In this document: in pieces, positions 24,898-34,820 of the stretch
Position numbering within the stretch: position 1 is the first letter of the stretch
Layout: each line of letters opens with the position of its first letter
Source: Minisyncoccia bacterium
GTDB taxonomy: Bacteria > Patescibacteriota > Minisyncoccia > Phycocordibacterales > Phycocordibacteraceae
Length of the DNA stretch: 64,000 nucleotides
Reading direction: 5' to 3'
NCBI GenBank assembly: GCA_038228545.1
Contig: JBBRPE010000001.1
Coordinates: 110,924 to 174,923, forward strand
Notes under the pieces: generated by a model
Seen by the model: only the letters and a program-made list of their open reading frames with translations
Database searches by the model: none
What the model was told of the DNA's origin: nothing
Program-made: the position numbers and the translations under genes

Positions 24898-26994
24898 TTA
24901 AATATCCAGATTCGCCATCCGCGCGTTCGATTGAATGAACGACTTACGACTAGCAACGTCCGTACCCATGAGTACATCGAAGATGCGGTCCGCCTCCGCG
25001 GCATCATCCACCGTAACGCGCTTCAGTATGCGCTTACTCGGGTCCATGGTGGTCTCCCAGAGCTCGGACGGATTCATCTCTCCAAGACCTTTGTAACGCT
25101 GAATGGTTATCTTTTGCGACTTTGCAGGCTTCCCTTTTGTGTTTGTTTCCGCTTCAGCCGCCGCTTCTTCGGCTTCTACTTCTTCATCGGTCGCATCCGC
25201 TTCATTTACCACAAGGTCTGCGTCTTTGCCGAGAATCTGAGCCTTTTCTTCATCCGTATAGGCATACAGGATTTCCTTACCGCGCTTAATCTTGTAGAGC
25301 GGTGGCTGTGCAATATACACAAACCCTCCATCAATAACCTGACGGAAGTGACGGAAGAAGAGTGTGAGCAGGAGCGTGCGAATATGGGCTCCGTCCACGT
25401 CGGCGTCAGTTGCAATAATCACTTTGTGATAGCGAAGCTTCGTAATATCAAAGATGTCCCCGATAGCAGTACCCATGGCAATAACGAGATTCTTAATCTG
25501 TTCAGACGCAAGCATCTTATCAAGGCGAGCGCGTTCAATATTTAAAATCTTGCCGCGAAGCGGAAGAATGGCCTGCGTACGTCGGTCACGTCCCATTTTC
25601 GATGAGCCACCTGCCGAGTCTCCCTCCACAATGAAAAGTTCGCTCTCAGATGCATCCTTGGTCTGACAGTCAGCCAGCTTACCCGGAAGGGTCATGCCCT
25701 CAAGGGCACCCTTACGGAGCACCGAGTCTTTTGCAGCCTTTGCGGCCTTACGAGCCTTAAGGGCGAGCAGGACTTTATTTACAATTGCCTTGGCGTCGTC
25801 CGGATTCTCTTCAAGGAACGAGGAGAATGCGGTGCCGAAGACTGTCGCGGTTGCACCCTGCGCTTCGGTTGAGCCGAGTTTACCCTTGGTCTGACCTTCG
25901 AACTGAATCTCCGGCATCTTTATAGAAATAACTGCTGTGATACCTTCGAGGACATCATCACCCGTGAAGTTCTCCTCGCTTTCTTTGAGGATACCTGCGG
26001 AACGACCGTAGGAATTGAGCGTACGCGTGAGCGCTGTCTTGAAGCCGGTTACGTGCGTACCTTGTTCCGGATTGTAAATATTATTGGCGAATGCGAGCAG
26101 GCGCGGTGACAAATCATCCGTGTATTGAAGTGCGACTTCGACCGCGACATCATTCTCGCTCGAATCAACGTAGAAAATATTCTTGTGGGCGACCGTCTGG
26201 TGCTTGTTGTAAAACCCAATGAGCGAGCGCAGACCACCTTCAAAGAAGAAGGTCATGGACGGCACCTCAAGGCCGAGGTTGCGTGCGTAGAACTCGTTCT
26301 CAGAGTCCACCATGCCCGCTTCGCGTGCATCGATAACGGTAATACGCGTACCCTTCACGAGGTAGGCCTGCTGACGCAGATGCGAGACAATCTTGTCCCA
26401 ATTCCAAGTGATGCCTTCCTTGAAGATAGTGACGTCCGGCTTGAAAAAGACGATGGAGCCCTGGTGCGACGTCTTTCCAATCGGCTTAACCTTCGCAAGC
26501 GCTTTACCTATCTTGTATTCCTGCATGTGCATGACGCCGTCTTTGTGCACAATGACTTTCGTGTGCTCAGAGAGCGCGTTCACCACAGATGCGCCCACAC
26601 CGTGAAGACCACCCGAGACTTTGTACCCGGAATCTTCCCCGCCGAACTTACCGCCGGCATGCAGCGTGGTCATGATGGTCTCGAGTGCTGAGACTTTGGT
26701 CTTTGGGTGGATACCGACCGGAATACCGCGACCGTTATCCGTGACGCGTACGTAGCCGCCCGGAAGCAACACTACTTCGATATCATCCGCGAACCCACCC
26801 ATCGCTTCGTCGCGAGAGTTATCGAAGATTTCCCAGATGAGATGGTGAAGACCATCGGGTCCGGTAGTACCGATGTACATGCCCGGGCGCTTGCGGACCG
26901 GTTCGAGGCCCTCGAGGACGGTGATGCTAGAGGCATCATATTCGCCGCCTTTTGAGGCAGCTTTTTTCGCTATAGGAGCCACTTTCTTAGCCAT
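24898..26994 (-). CDS. gyrB: DNA gyrase subunit B
   Basis: GHKL ATPase motifs (LHHLIWEIFDNSRDEAMGG, DNGRGIP), TOPRIM, C-terminal ...SNARMANLDI; start at MAKKVAP (ATG 26994). Confidence 0.95.
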   Translation of the reverse strand: MAKKVAPIAKKAASKGGEYDASSITVLEGLEPVRKRPGMYIGTTGPDGLHHLIWEIFDNSRDEAMGGFADDIEVVLLPGGYVRVTDNGRGIPVGIHPKTKVSALETIMTTLHAGGKFGGEDSGYKVSGGLHGVGASVVNALSEHTKVIVHKDGVMHMQEYKIGKALAKVKPIGKTSHQGSIVFFKPDVTIFKEGITWNWDKIVSHLRQQAYLVKGTRITVIDAREAGMVDSENEFYARNLGLEVPSMTFFFEGGLRSLIGFYNKHQTVAHKNIFYVDSSENDVAVEVALQYTDDLSPRLLAFANNIYNPEQGTHVTGFKTALTRTLNSYGRSAGILKESEENFTGDDVLEGITAVISIKMPEIQFEGQTKGKLGSTEAQGATATVFGTAFSSFLEENPDDAKAIVNKVLLALKARKAAKAAKDSVLRKGALEGMTLPGKLADCQTKDASESELFIVEGDSAGGSSKMGRDRRTQAILPLRGKILNIERARLDKMLASEQIKNLVIAMGTAIGDIFDITKLRYHKVIIATDADVDGAHIRTLLLTLFFRHFRQVIDGGFVYIAQPPLYKIKRGKEILYAYTDEEKAQILGKDADLVVNEADATDEEVEAEEAAAEAETNTKGKPAKSQKITIQRYKGLGEMNPSELWETTMDPSKRILKRVTVDDAAEADRIFDVLMGTDVASRKSFIQSNARMANLDI

Positions 26995-27075
26995 ATTCGT
27001 AGATAGAGTATACCACAATTCAAACCCGTGCGGAGCCGACATTAAGCGACTTTTCTGACGCGCTACAATAGGCCT

Positions 27076-27888
27076 ATGCGTTACCCGCGTTTCCTTCTTG
27101 CAACACTCCTTACCGTGGCCGTTATTGGGGGGTCAATAGTTGCCTACCCAGAAGTAGCGCTTGCAGGTCCTTGCGGCGCCGCCTCTGCTCCTAATCCTCC
27201 TTACTTTATAACCCCCCCTGCCCCCTCAAGTGCGAGTTCTATAAGCATGGTCTCCGTGACCGTTATCCCTGGCCCGTGTAATACCGTGACCTTCACGTTT
27301 GCCCACGCCGCCTGTGGAGTAAATGACGGCACGGGCGGTTCTGACATAAGTCAGTCTTCGACTTCTTACACGGATACCGGAATGCAACCAAATAAATGCT
27401 ACGCATACACCCTTCAAGACATTAACGGCGGCGGGTATACGAGTACGCTCTCGACAGCATCTACAACGTATACTTTCGCGAACACTCCAGGCACTCCTAC
27501 CCTCGGCACGCCAACGGCAACCACGCTCACGCTCACGAACGCCGAGAACAGCAATCCGAGCGCAAGTCCCACCACCAACTTCGCCGTGCAGATAACAGTG
27601 ACGGCAGGAAGCGACGCCACCTGGAATAACAAGTGGGTAGATGGTTCCGGCAATCCATCAGCGTCTGCGGTGTGGCTTTCGGACGCGCAACTCGATAACC
27701 TCGTCATCACCGGGCTTCAAAGCAGTGTGACCTACGCGGCTGCTTCGAAGGCACGGAACACCGACACGGTGGAGACTTCTCTCTCCTCAACAGGAAGCAA
27801 CACAACGAGTGCAGGTGGCGGTGGCGCGACACGCATCATTCGAATTCGTGGCGGAACACGATTCCGTGGTGGAGTACGCTTGAAATAA
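27076..27888 (+). CDS. Secreted protein with two fibronectin-III-like beta domains
   Basis: Signal peptide MRYPRFLLATLLTVAVIGGSIVAYPEVALA; FN3-like ...LVITGLQSSVTYAAASKARN. Confidence 0.65.
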   Translation: MRYPRFLLATLLTVAVIGGSIVAYPEVALAGPCGAASAPNPPYFITPPAPSSASSISMVSVTVIPGPCNTVTFTFAHAACGVNDGTGGSDISQSSTSYTDTGMQPNKCYAYTLQDINGGGYTSTLSTASTTYTFANTPGTPTLGTPTATTLTLTNAENSNPSASPTTNFAVQITVTAGSDATWNNKWVDGSGNPSASAVWLSDAQLDNLVITGLQSSVTYAAASKARNTDTVETSLSSTGSNTTSAGGGGATRIIRIRGGTRFRGGVRLK

Positions 27889-27891
27889 TAT

Positions 27892-28455
27892 ATGAAACCC
27901 GTCCACATTTTCGGAAGCGTGGTCGCCATCGTACTTCTGGGTGCTGGTATTTGGTTTGCCGTTACACATCCCCTTCCTCATGCTCCCTTCAAGAGGGTGG
28001 CAACCACCCTGCCCTCGGCCGTCACCCCTTCCCTTCCGGAGCGCACGCCACCGACAGGAATGAAGCTCTATCGCAGTACGCTCTACCATTTCTCGTTCTT
28101 CTACCCTGACACGCTTACCGCGACCGAATTCAAAGAAAAAGGCACGGCGCTCACTGTTACCTTTGAGTCCGCTAGCGACCCAAAGCAGAGCTTCCAAATA
28201 TTCATTGTCCCCTACGGCCTCGAGCAGATAACTCCAGAGCGTTTCAAGCAGGACGACCCGTCAGGAGTACTTAACGACCAGCAGCAGATAACACTCGACG
28301 GCAAACAGGCAACCGTCTTCTTTAGCACAAATCCTTCACTTGGTGACACCCGAGAGATATGGTTCATCAATCACGGCTTTCTCTACGAAGTGACGACGTA
28401 CAAAGAACTCGACAGTTGGTTGGCCCAAATAATGGGCACGTGGAAGTTCGAGTAA
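27892..28455 (+). CDS. Membrane-anchored protein of unknown function (paralog of 56768..57355)
   Basis: N-terminal TM; shared blocks GMK(L/E)YRS..YHFS(F/L)FYP, FQIFIVPY, LGDTRE(I/V)WF..G(F/Y)LYE(V/I)TT.K.LDSWL....WKF. Confidence 0.7.
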   Translation: MKPVHIFGSVVAIVLLGAGIWFAVTHPLPHAPFKRVATTLPSAVTPSLPERTPPTGMKLYRSTLYHFSFFYPDTLTATEFKEKGTALTVTFESASDPKQSFQIFIVPYGLEQITPERFKQDDPSGVLNDQQQITLDGKQATVFFSTNPSLGDTREIWFINHGFLYEVTTYKELDSWLAQIMGTWKFE

Positions 28456-28456
28456 G

Positions 28457-28819
28457 TTACGCGCGACGCGTAACGACGACACCAGGCACACCATTGTCCC
28501 AGACCTGGGTCTTTTTGATGGTCACTCGTACTTCAAGGGCCGGAGTCTCGGTTAAAATCCGCTCCGCTATGGTGTTCGCGAGCGACTCGATAAGGTAACG
28601 GCTTTCACGCGAGAATGTCTCGTTCACAATCCGCTTTAGTGCATCGTAATCAATAGTATCTATGAGCGAATCAGACTGCCCTGCCCGGAGGAGGTGCGCA
28701 CCAACACGAAGACATACAACGAACTCCTGCTCCTTCGTGCGTTCGTGCTCGTAATGACCGTGTGCGCCCTGCACCAGTAGGCCGTCGACGGTGAGGTAAT
28801 CCATACTAACGAACTTCAA
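28457..28819 (-). CDS. folB: Dihydroneopterin aldolase family protein (FolB-like)
   Basis: 120 aa; FolB-like pattern ...DGLLVQGAHGHYEHE...FVVCLRV......DTIDY; overlaps pheT end by 14 nt. Confidence 0.55.
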   Translation of the reverse strand: MKFVSMDYLTVDGLLVQGAHGHYEHERTKEQEFVVCLRVGAHLLRAGQSDSLIDTIDYDALKRIVNETFSRESRYLIESLANTIAERILTETPALEVRVTIKKTQVWDNGVPGVVVTRRA

Positions 28820-30704
28820 ACCCGTCCCTATCGTTTAAGGCCTTCGTTACAGCCTCCATGACGGGAACCAACTCAGTATCGGAAAGCGTCTTGAGAGGAG
28901 ATTCAAATACAAGACGGAAGGCGTAGGATATACGTCCGTCTTTCTCGAACGTATCAAAACTGTCAGAGCGAACGAGCAGACTTCCTGCCGCATCAGTTAT
29001 TAATTTTTCTATCAAGTCTGGTGGTGTTCCGGCCGGCGTCCACACCGCGATGTCACGTAGCGCGAACGGATATAGGGAAAATGGTTCATACGGGCCAAGC
29101 TTCACTTTATTCGGCTCGTACCCTTCACCAAGACGAATAAGCTGTTCAGGCGACACCAAGAACTCGACAACCGATCCTTCAAGGGAGAACCGTGCTGCCC
29201 CCGGCGTCTGGAGCAGTTCTTGCTCAATAGTTGCGGCGTATTCTTTCAATACCGATTCGGACTCTTTTCCATCAACTGCATGCACCGCAAGCACGACCGC
29301 TAGCGTCTCTCCATCGTGTTTAAAAATAGTTCCTGCTTCGAAGAGTTTGACGATGGGTTCAGTACCGAGAGCACGCGGAGCGACGGCGACGGCGCGCGCA
29401 AGCGCTTCTTTCATATTCGGAACCAGTGATGCGCGCAACCAGGGCTTATCCTGCTGTAGCGCATTTGCAAGAGCTATATCGCCGTGCGTACCGAATGCCT
29501 GTAACGACACTTCGCTAAAGCCGCGCTCGGTAAGAAAGTCCTTAATATGCTCTGTGCCACGAAACTGCGTCTGCGAAGGTAACGACGGAAGTCCCGGTAA
29601 TTCCTCACCGGTAATCCGGTCGTATCCCAATATGCGCCCTACTTCTTCCGCTACGTTTTCTGGAATAACGACATCACTTCGTTCAAAGGGTGGCAGTATG
29701 GTGTACACCCCTTCGGCTTCGGTGTAGGTGAAGCCAAGACGGTCGAACACGCCACGAACCTCAGTGTCGCTAAACACTGCGCCGAGAATACCGTTCAGCT
29801 TCTCAAGCGACACTGTAACCGGGACAATTTCAGGAGCTCCGGCATACAGATCGGTTACCCCGACGAGCTCTCCTCCAGCAATTTTTTGTATGCAGGCAAG
29901 AACGTCTCGCATGGCGTAGGCAACAAGCGCTGGCGACGGCCTGTTCTGGAAACGTAAACTTGCATCAGTAAAGAGTTTGAGCGCCTGAGCGGACGTACGC
30001 ACACTCCTGCCGTCAAAGTGTGCCGACTCTATGATAATGTCGGTCGTCGTGTTCGTAATAGCTGCGGCTTTCCCGCCCTTAATACCGGCAATGCCAATAG
30101 GAAGGTCAACGTGTGCGTCCGTAATCAAAAGCGTGCCTTCCGGAAGCTCGTACACTTCATCGGTAAGTGTCGTTATTTTTTCTTCTGGACGAGCGCCACG
30201 TACACCAATCGCGTATGTACCTGCATCATTTGTAAGAAGTTTTGCATCGAAGGCATGCAACGGCTGGCCGATAGTAAGCATGACGTAGTTTGTAGCGTCA
30301 ACGACATTGTTTATGGAACGTTGTCCGACCGACTCCAGGGCCTCCTTGAGCCACGCTGGTGAAGGGCCAATTTGCACACCTTCCACGAGAGCGGCCATGT
30401 AGCGCGAACACATCTCCGGATTTTCTACGGAAACAGTCACCCGGTCTGTCGAGGGAAATTCGGGCACCTCCTCGCGCAGAGGATCCTGCTTCAGAGGAAG
30501 TTCAAGAATTGCAGAAAGCTCGTGGGCCACACCACGATGGGAAAGCATATAAGCCGCGCGGTCAGGTAGTACCTTCACCTCAAGGTAGTCGGGTGTTATC
30601 TCTTCAACTTCAGCAACGTGAAAGGTAAGCGCTTCGGACAGGGCGTTCGAGTCCGGAAGCGGTGAGGCGAAGAAGGTCTGCAGCCAGGCTGGTGATATTT
30701 TCAT
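28806..30704 (-). CDS. pheT: Phenylalanyl-tRNA synthetase beta subunit (short form)
   Basis: 632 aa; B3/4 and B5 domains; directly downstream (1-nt gap) of pheS. Confidence 0.85.
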   Translation of the reverse strand: MKISPAWLQTFFASPLPDSNALSEALTFHVAEVEEITPDYLEVKVLPDRAAYMLSHRGVAHELSAILELPLKQDPLREEVPEFPSTDRVTVSVENPEMCSRYMAALVEGVQIGPSPAWLKEALESVGQRSINNVVDATNYVMLTIGQPLHAFDAKLLTNDAGTYAIGVRGARPEEKITTLTDEVYELPEGTLLITDAHVDLPIGIAGIKGGKAAAITNTTTDIIIESAHFDGRSVRTSAQALKLFTDASLRFQNRPSPALVAYAMRDVLACIQKIAGGELVGVTDLYAGAPEIVPVTVSLEKLNGILGAVFSDTEVRGVFDRLGFTYTEAEGVYTILPPFERSDVVIPENVAEEVGRILGYDRITGEELPGLPSLPSQTQFRGTEHIKDFLTERGFSEVSLQAFGTHGDIALANALQQDKPWLRASLVPNMKEALARAVAVAPRALGTEPIVKLFEAGTIFKHDGETLAVVLAVHAVDGKESESVLKEYAATIEQELLQTPGAARFSLEGSVVEFLVSPEQLIRLGEGYEPNKVKLGPYEPFSLYPFALRDIAVWTPAGTPPDLIEKLITDAAGSLLVRSDSFDTFEKDGRISYAFRLVFESPLKTLSDTELVPVMEAVTKALNDRDGFEVR

Positions 30705-30705
30705 A

Positions 30706-31458
30706 TTATTCGGTCGTGTACGGAAGTGCGTTCACGAAACGTGTATCGCCGGAATGAAAAAGACGTACATCCGGAATGCCGTACTTAATCATGAGCAGAC
30801 GCTCAATTCCGCCACCAAATGCAAAGCCTTGATACACCTCCGGATCAACCCCTGCATTCCGAAGTACGTCCGGATGCACCATACCCCCTCCCATAACCTC
30901 AAGCCATTTTCCTTTTCCTCCATCACCTTGCGGGAACCACACGTCTATTTCTACCGATGGCTCGGTGAAGGGGAAATAACTCGGACGAAAACGTACTCGA
31001 GCACCTTCTCCCAGATATTCCGCAAAGAATCGGTCGAGCGTCCCTTTTAGGTGTGCGAGTGTGATGCCTTCGCCGACGACTAGTCCTTCGTTCTGATAGA
31101 ACTGCGCTTCGTGCGTGGCATCCGTTGCTTCGTTACGAAACACCTTACCGGGCACGATGATGCGATAGGGTGGAAGAATTCCCTGTTCCATCTGTGCCTT
31201 CATAAAACGAATCTGCACCGGAGACGTATGTGTGCGCAGCACCTTTCCCTCTTTCTGGTCCACCCAGAGCGTGTCCTGCATATCGCGAGCAGGGTGGTCC
31301 ATGGGCACACCAAGCGCAGTAAAGTTATGCCATTCGTCTTCAAGCTCAGGGCCGTATGCAATACCGAATCCCATGCGGCCGAATATGTCCGCGAACTCGC
31401 GTGTGGCCACGCTTATGGGGTGCAGTCGGCCCTCTGACATATACAGCCCAGTATACAC
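30706..31458 (-). CDS. pheS: Phenylalanyl-tRNA synthetase alpha subunit (catalytic core only)
   Basis: Class II motifs FRPSYFPFTEPS, GFAFGGGIERL. Confidence 0.85.
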   Translation of the reverse strand: MYTGLYMSEGRLHPISVATREFADIFGRMGFGIAYGPELEDEWHNFTALGVPMDHPARDMQDTLWVDQKEGKVLRTHTSPVQIRFMKAQMEQGILPPYRIIVPGKVFRNEATDATHEAQFYQNEGLVVGEGITLAHLKGTLDRFFAEYLGEGARVRFRPSYFPFTEPSVEIDVWFPQGDGGKGKWLEVMGGGMVHPDVLRNAGVDPEVYQGFAFGGGIERLLMIKYGIPDVRLFHSGDTRFVNALPYTTE

Positions 31459-31525
31459 GCGCCTGATGGAAAAAATAGCCTTTATTTGCTAGTATTCAGG
31501 AGTTAGGGCGCTCGAAATACTATCT

Positions 31526-32764
31526 ATGCATCTAGCGGTATTCGCTTATCCGTTCATCTTTACCGGCCTCTATTTTGAGGTGTTCATGCTCCTTACCTTT
31601 CTTTCGGCACCCGCTAAAGAGCGCCGTGCTCGTCCACCAGTAACCGTATACCCCAAAGTGGGTCTTATCGTTCCCTGCTGGAACGAAGAGACGACTATCG
31701 ACGGAACCGTGCAGTCCCTTTTGAATCTGGATTACCCGAAGGACCGGCTTCGCATCATTCTTGTAAACGACGGCTCGACTGACAACACAAAAACTGTCAT
31801 GGATTCCTATACCGGTAATCCGCAGATTACGGTTGTCCATAAGGAGAACGGTGGTAAGCACACCGCAATAAATCTCGGTATAGAAATCGTTAGTGATTGT
31901 GAATTCGTGGGCTGTCTTGATGCGGATTCATTCGTAGCAACGGACGCACTTCGCGAAATGATGTCAGCGTTCGGCGACCCGCAGGTTGGTGCCTCGACAC
32001 CGGCCATGTCCGTCTTCCAGCCGAAGAACATACTCGAACAGATGCAGAATGCTGAATACATTTTCGGTATTGCATTGCGTCACGCCCTTTCTGCAGTCAA
32101 CGGCATCTACGTTACACCCGGACCCTTCTCGGTCTATCGACGCTCCGTTATTGAGAAGATAGGCGGTTTCCGCCACGCACACCAGGCTGAAGACATGGAA
32201 ATGGCGCTCCGTATGCAACGTGCCGGCTACCAAATTGAAAACTCTCCGCGTGCCCGTGTATACACGAAGGTCCCACGTACCGTTGCAAAACTCGTAAAGC
32301 AGCGCACACGTTGGACAACCGGCTTCCTCAGAAACGTCATGAAAGACTACCGCGACATGGTCGGTAACCCGAAGTACGGAGTACTGGGGCTCGTGGTCCT
32401 CCCTCTTGGTTTCGCTGCTGTTATCGGAGGTGTTGCTTTGTTTGCACTTGCGATTGGACAGCTTGGTAGCGAGATATACCACGCGGTCGCTGTGACCTCG
32501 GGTGTACCGTTCTGGTATATCATTACGCCACGATTCTCGCTCGAGTGGTTTTATGCGCCAGTTACCTTTGTGACCGTCATTAGTATTGTCGTGCTGTGTA
32601 TTTCTACGTCGTTCATTGTCATCGGTAGGAATGTATCAAAGACGAAGACAACTCTTACGGTCAGTATTTTGGGTTACGCCTTCCTCTATGGCTTCATAGC
32701 TCCGTTTTGGCTACTACGAGCACTTGCAGACGTTGCCACGGGCACGCGCCGCGCATGGAGGTAA
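31526..32764 (+). CDS. Family 2 processive glycosyltransferase (PgaC/IcaA/cellulose-synthase-like)
   Basis: D, DxD and QxxRW motifs: IVPCWNEE, LVNDGSTD, CLDADS, VKQRTRWTTGF; multiple TM helices. Confidence 0.85.
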   Translation: MHLAVFAYPFIFTGLYFEVFMLLTFLSAPAKERRARPPVTVYPKVGLIVPCWNEETTIDGTVQSLLNLDYPKDRLRIILVNDGSTDNTKTVMDSYTGNPQITVVHKENGGKHTAINLGIEIVSDCEFVGCLDADSFVATDALREMMSAFGDPQVGASTPAMSVFQPKNILEQMQNAEYIFGIALRHALSAVNGIYVTPGPFSVYRRSVIEKIGGFRHAHQAEDMEMALRMQRAGYQIENSPRARVYTKVPRTVAKLVKQRTRWTTGFLRNVMKDYRDMVGNPKYGVLGLVVLPLGFAAVIGGVALFALAIGQLGSEIYHAVAVTSGVPFWYIITPRFSLEWFYAPVTFVTVISIVVLCISTSFIVIGRNVSKTKTTLTVSILGYAFLYGFIAPFWLLRALADVATGTRRAWR

Positions 32765-32786
32765 TCTCTGCTACTATACGAAAATC

Positions 32787-33470
32787 ATGCCTCTACCCCT
32801 TCGCAACGCTCTCATAGCCCTCGGTATCACGGCCGTCATTATTGGTACGGTTATCTACGCCATAAACTATCTCGATCGCCAACGTCTAGCGGAACTAACC
32901 GGTATCCAGACCCAGCTTGCTACCGATACCCTCAACCTCGAGACGCAGTACGCGCTTCTTGAAAATGCGCCATGCGAAGACATAACGGGTGGCAATGAGC
33001 TTTCTCAGGAAGTAAGTTCACTTGGCGACCGGCTTGCGGGTGCCGAAGAGCGCCTTGGCAACAAGAACGCACAGGTTATCGACCTGAAGAAGCAGTACAC
33101 CCTTTTACAGATTCGCGATTATCTTCTCACGCAGCAGCTTTCAAAGACGTGCCATCTCACACCGACGGTTGCGTTATATTTTTACTCAAACACTCCGGGT
33201 ACCTGCGAGAATTGTGACCGTGCCGGTTACGCGCTTTCCTATCTTCGTCAGACCTATCCTGCACTTCGAGTGTACTCATTTGATTACGATCTCGAACTTG
33301 GTGCTCTAAAGACGCTGATTGCCGTTGAGAAAATCCAGCCGCAGTTCCCTGCCTTCATCATAAACGGGAAGAAGAATTACGGCTTTACGTCGCTCAATGA
33401 CTTCGAAAAGCTTTTCCCCAAGACTCTTTTTGCTACGTCTACGGCGACCTCGACTACAACGAAAAAATAA
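32787..33470 (+). CDS. Hypothetical membrane-anchored protein with coiled coil and a C-terminal CxxC (thioredoxin-like?) region
   Basis: TM MPLPLRNALIALGITAVIIGTVIY, heptad region, FYSNTPGTCENCDRAGYALSY; start taken at ATG 32787 just after GT2 stop. Confidence 0.55.
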   Translation: MPLPLRNALIALGITAVIIGTVIYAINYLDRQRLAELTGIQTQLATDTLNLETQYALLENAPCEDITGGNELSQEVSSLGDRLAGAEERLGNKNAQVIDLKKQYTLLQIRDYLLTQQLSKTCHLTPTVALYFYSNTPGTCENCDRAGYALSYLRQTYPALRVYSFDYDLELGALKTLIAVEKIQPQFPAFIINGKKNYGFTSLNDFEKLFPKTLFATSTATSTTTKK

Positions 33471-33515
33471 GTTAGGTTAGTACAAACGTGCTGTCAGGAA
33501 AAGACAGTCCCATAT

Positions 33516-33591
33516 GCCGCCTTAGCTCAGTTGGTAGAGCAACACTTTTGTAAAGTGAAGGTCCCCAGTTCGAGCCTGGGAGGCGGCTCCA
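33516..33591 (+). tRNA. tRNA-Thr (anticodon UGU), CCA encoded
   Basis: Cloverleaf by hand: acceptor GCCGCCT/AGGCGGC, D-arm GCTCAGTTGGTAGAGC, anticodon loop TTTGTAA, T-arm CCCAGTTCGAGCCTGGG, discriminator T, CCA. Confidence 0.85.
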
Positions 33592-33593
33592 AT

Positions 33594-33632
33594 AAACGTA
33601 CAAGCGCTCCTCACGGAGCGCTTGTACGTTTA
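33594..33632. terminator. Bidirectional terminator shared by tRNA-Thr and the convergent rpsB-tsf operon
   Basis: 17-bp stem aaacgtacaagcgctcc-tcac-ggagcgcttgtacgttt. Confidence 0.6.
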
Positions 33633-34040
33633 TGTGGCATCGGGACCCGGTGTGCCCTTCCGAAGGGTTTTACGGAAACGAACGATGGTCGCTATAAGGG
33701 GAGAGCCTTCGGGCTCAGGGGCCGTGTCTCCACGCTCGGCAACTCGTTCACGAAGCGTACGGATAATACGCGTGAGAGCGCGTTCTGAGGCACGCACAGC
33801 GAGTAGAGTGGTATGTACAGCGTCATGAGCAACACGCTCACTAGTCGTTTTAACCATATGAGCAAAAAAAGCCGTCCAGTCTATGTGGCGAGCCACATAG
33901 ACTGCCCGAGCAACCTGTTTATCGAGGCGAGCGCGTGTACCGGAGAACAACCGTACTCCTTGCTTTGTCTCGAACCAGGAAAGGAATACGAAAGCCACCA
34001 GCAGAAAAAAAGTAATACAGATGGCAATAAGGTAGCTCAT
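33630..34040 (-). CDS. Hypothetical membrane protein (136 aa) downstream of tsf
   Basis: TM MSYLIAICITFFLLVAFVFLSWF then charged tail; no SD; start chosen internally (ORF track 33630..34154). Confidence 0.35.
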   Translation of the reverse strand: MSYLIAICITFFLLVAFVFLSWFETKQGVRLFSGTRARLDKQVARAVYVARHIDWTAFFAHMVKTTSERVAHDAVHTTLLAVRASERALTRIIRTLRERVAERGDTAPEPEGSPLIATIVRFRKTLRKGTPGPDAT

Positions 34041-34080
34041 AGGGTGTGCTGGTACACACGAGGGAACGCGTATGATTGCG

Positions 34081-34665
34081 TTATCCGCGGGCGGAGAAGC
34101 GGGAGAATTTAGATACTTCAATCCTCTCTCCAAACTTCTGAGAGGCCTCATCAATAAGCTGCTTCATGGTCTTGCTCTCGTCTTTGATGTAGGGCTGGTT
34201 CAAAAGAACGGTATCGCGGAAATAGCTATCCATCTTGCCGGCAAGAATCTTCTCCTGCATCTCGGCAGGCTTGTCCTTCACTTCTTCTTTAAATACGGCC
34301 ATAGCAGCGTCCTTTGCTTCGGGAGCGATTTCCGCATCCGTAAGATACTGCGGATTGGTTGCCGCCACCTGCATAGCAACCTCGCGTGCAAGTGTTTCAA
34401 AGTCAGGATTCTTCGACACGAAGTCAGTCTCAGACGAAAGAAGTACCATCGCGCCAATAGCCTTATCGTGGAGGTACATACCGACAGCACCCGCACCTAT
34501 TTCTCGGTCTGATTTCTTGTCTGCCGCTTCCGAGCTTCGCTTGCGCAAAATAACCTCTGCCTTCTCGATGTCGCCGTCTGCTTCCTCAAGTGCTTTCTTG
34601 CACTGCATTACTGAGAGGCCGGTTGCCTCACGAAGTTGCTTAACGATGTCTATTGAAATTTCCAT
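34081..34665 (-). CDS. tsf: Elongation factor Ts (short form)
   Basis: N-terminal UBA-like MEISIDIVKQLREATGLSVMQCKKALEEADGDIEKAEVILRK; downstream of rpsB. Confidence 0.85.
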   Translation of the reverse strand: MEISIDIVKQLREATGLSVMQCKKALEEADGDIEKAEVILRKRSSEAADKKSDREIGAGAVGMYLHDKAIGAMVLLSSETDFVSKNPDFETLAREVAMQVAATNPQYLTDAEIAPEAKDAAMAVFKEEVKDKPAEMQEKILAGKMDSYFRDTVLLNQPYIKDESKTMKQLIDEASQKFGERIEVSKFSRFSARG

Positions 34666-34820
34666 GGTGTGTATGTTTATTGTACTAAGTCTGTTCCTTC
34701 GTCTCCAGAGTGCGTTCAAAAGTTTCGGATACGAGGCGCGGGAGTGAGTTTTCTGGAGCGTACTAGCACGACGAAAGAAAACGAATGAACCGTAACGCGG
34801 TAGCTGGGACTTTTGAGTGC

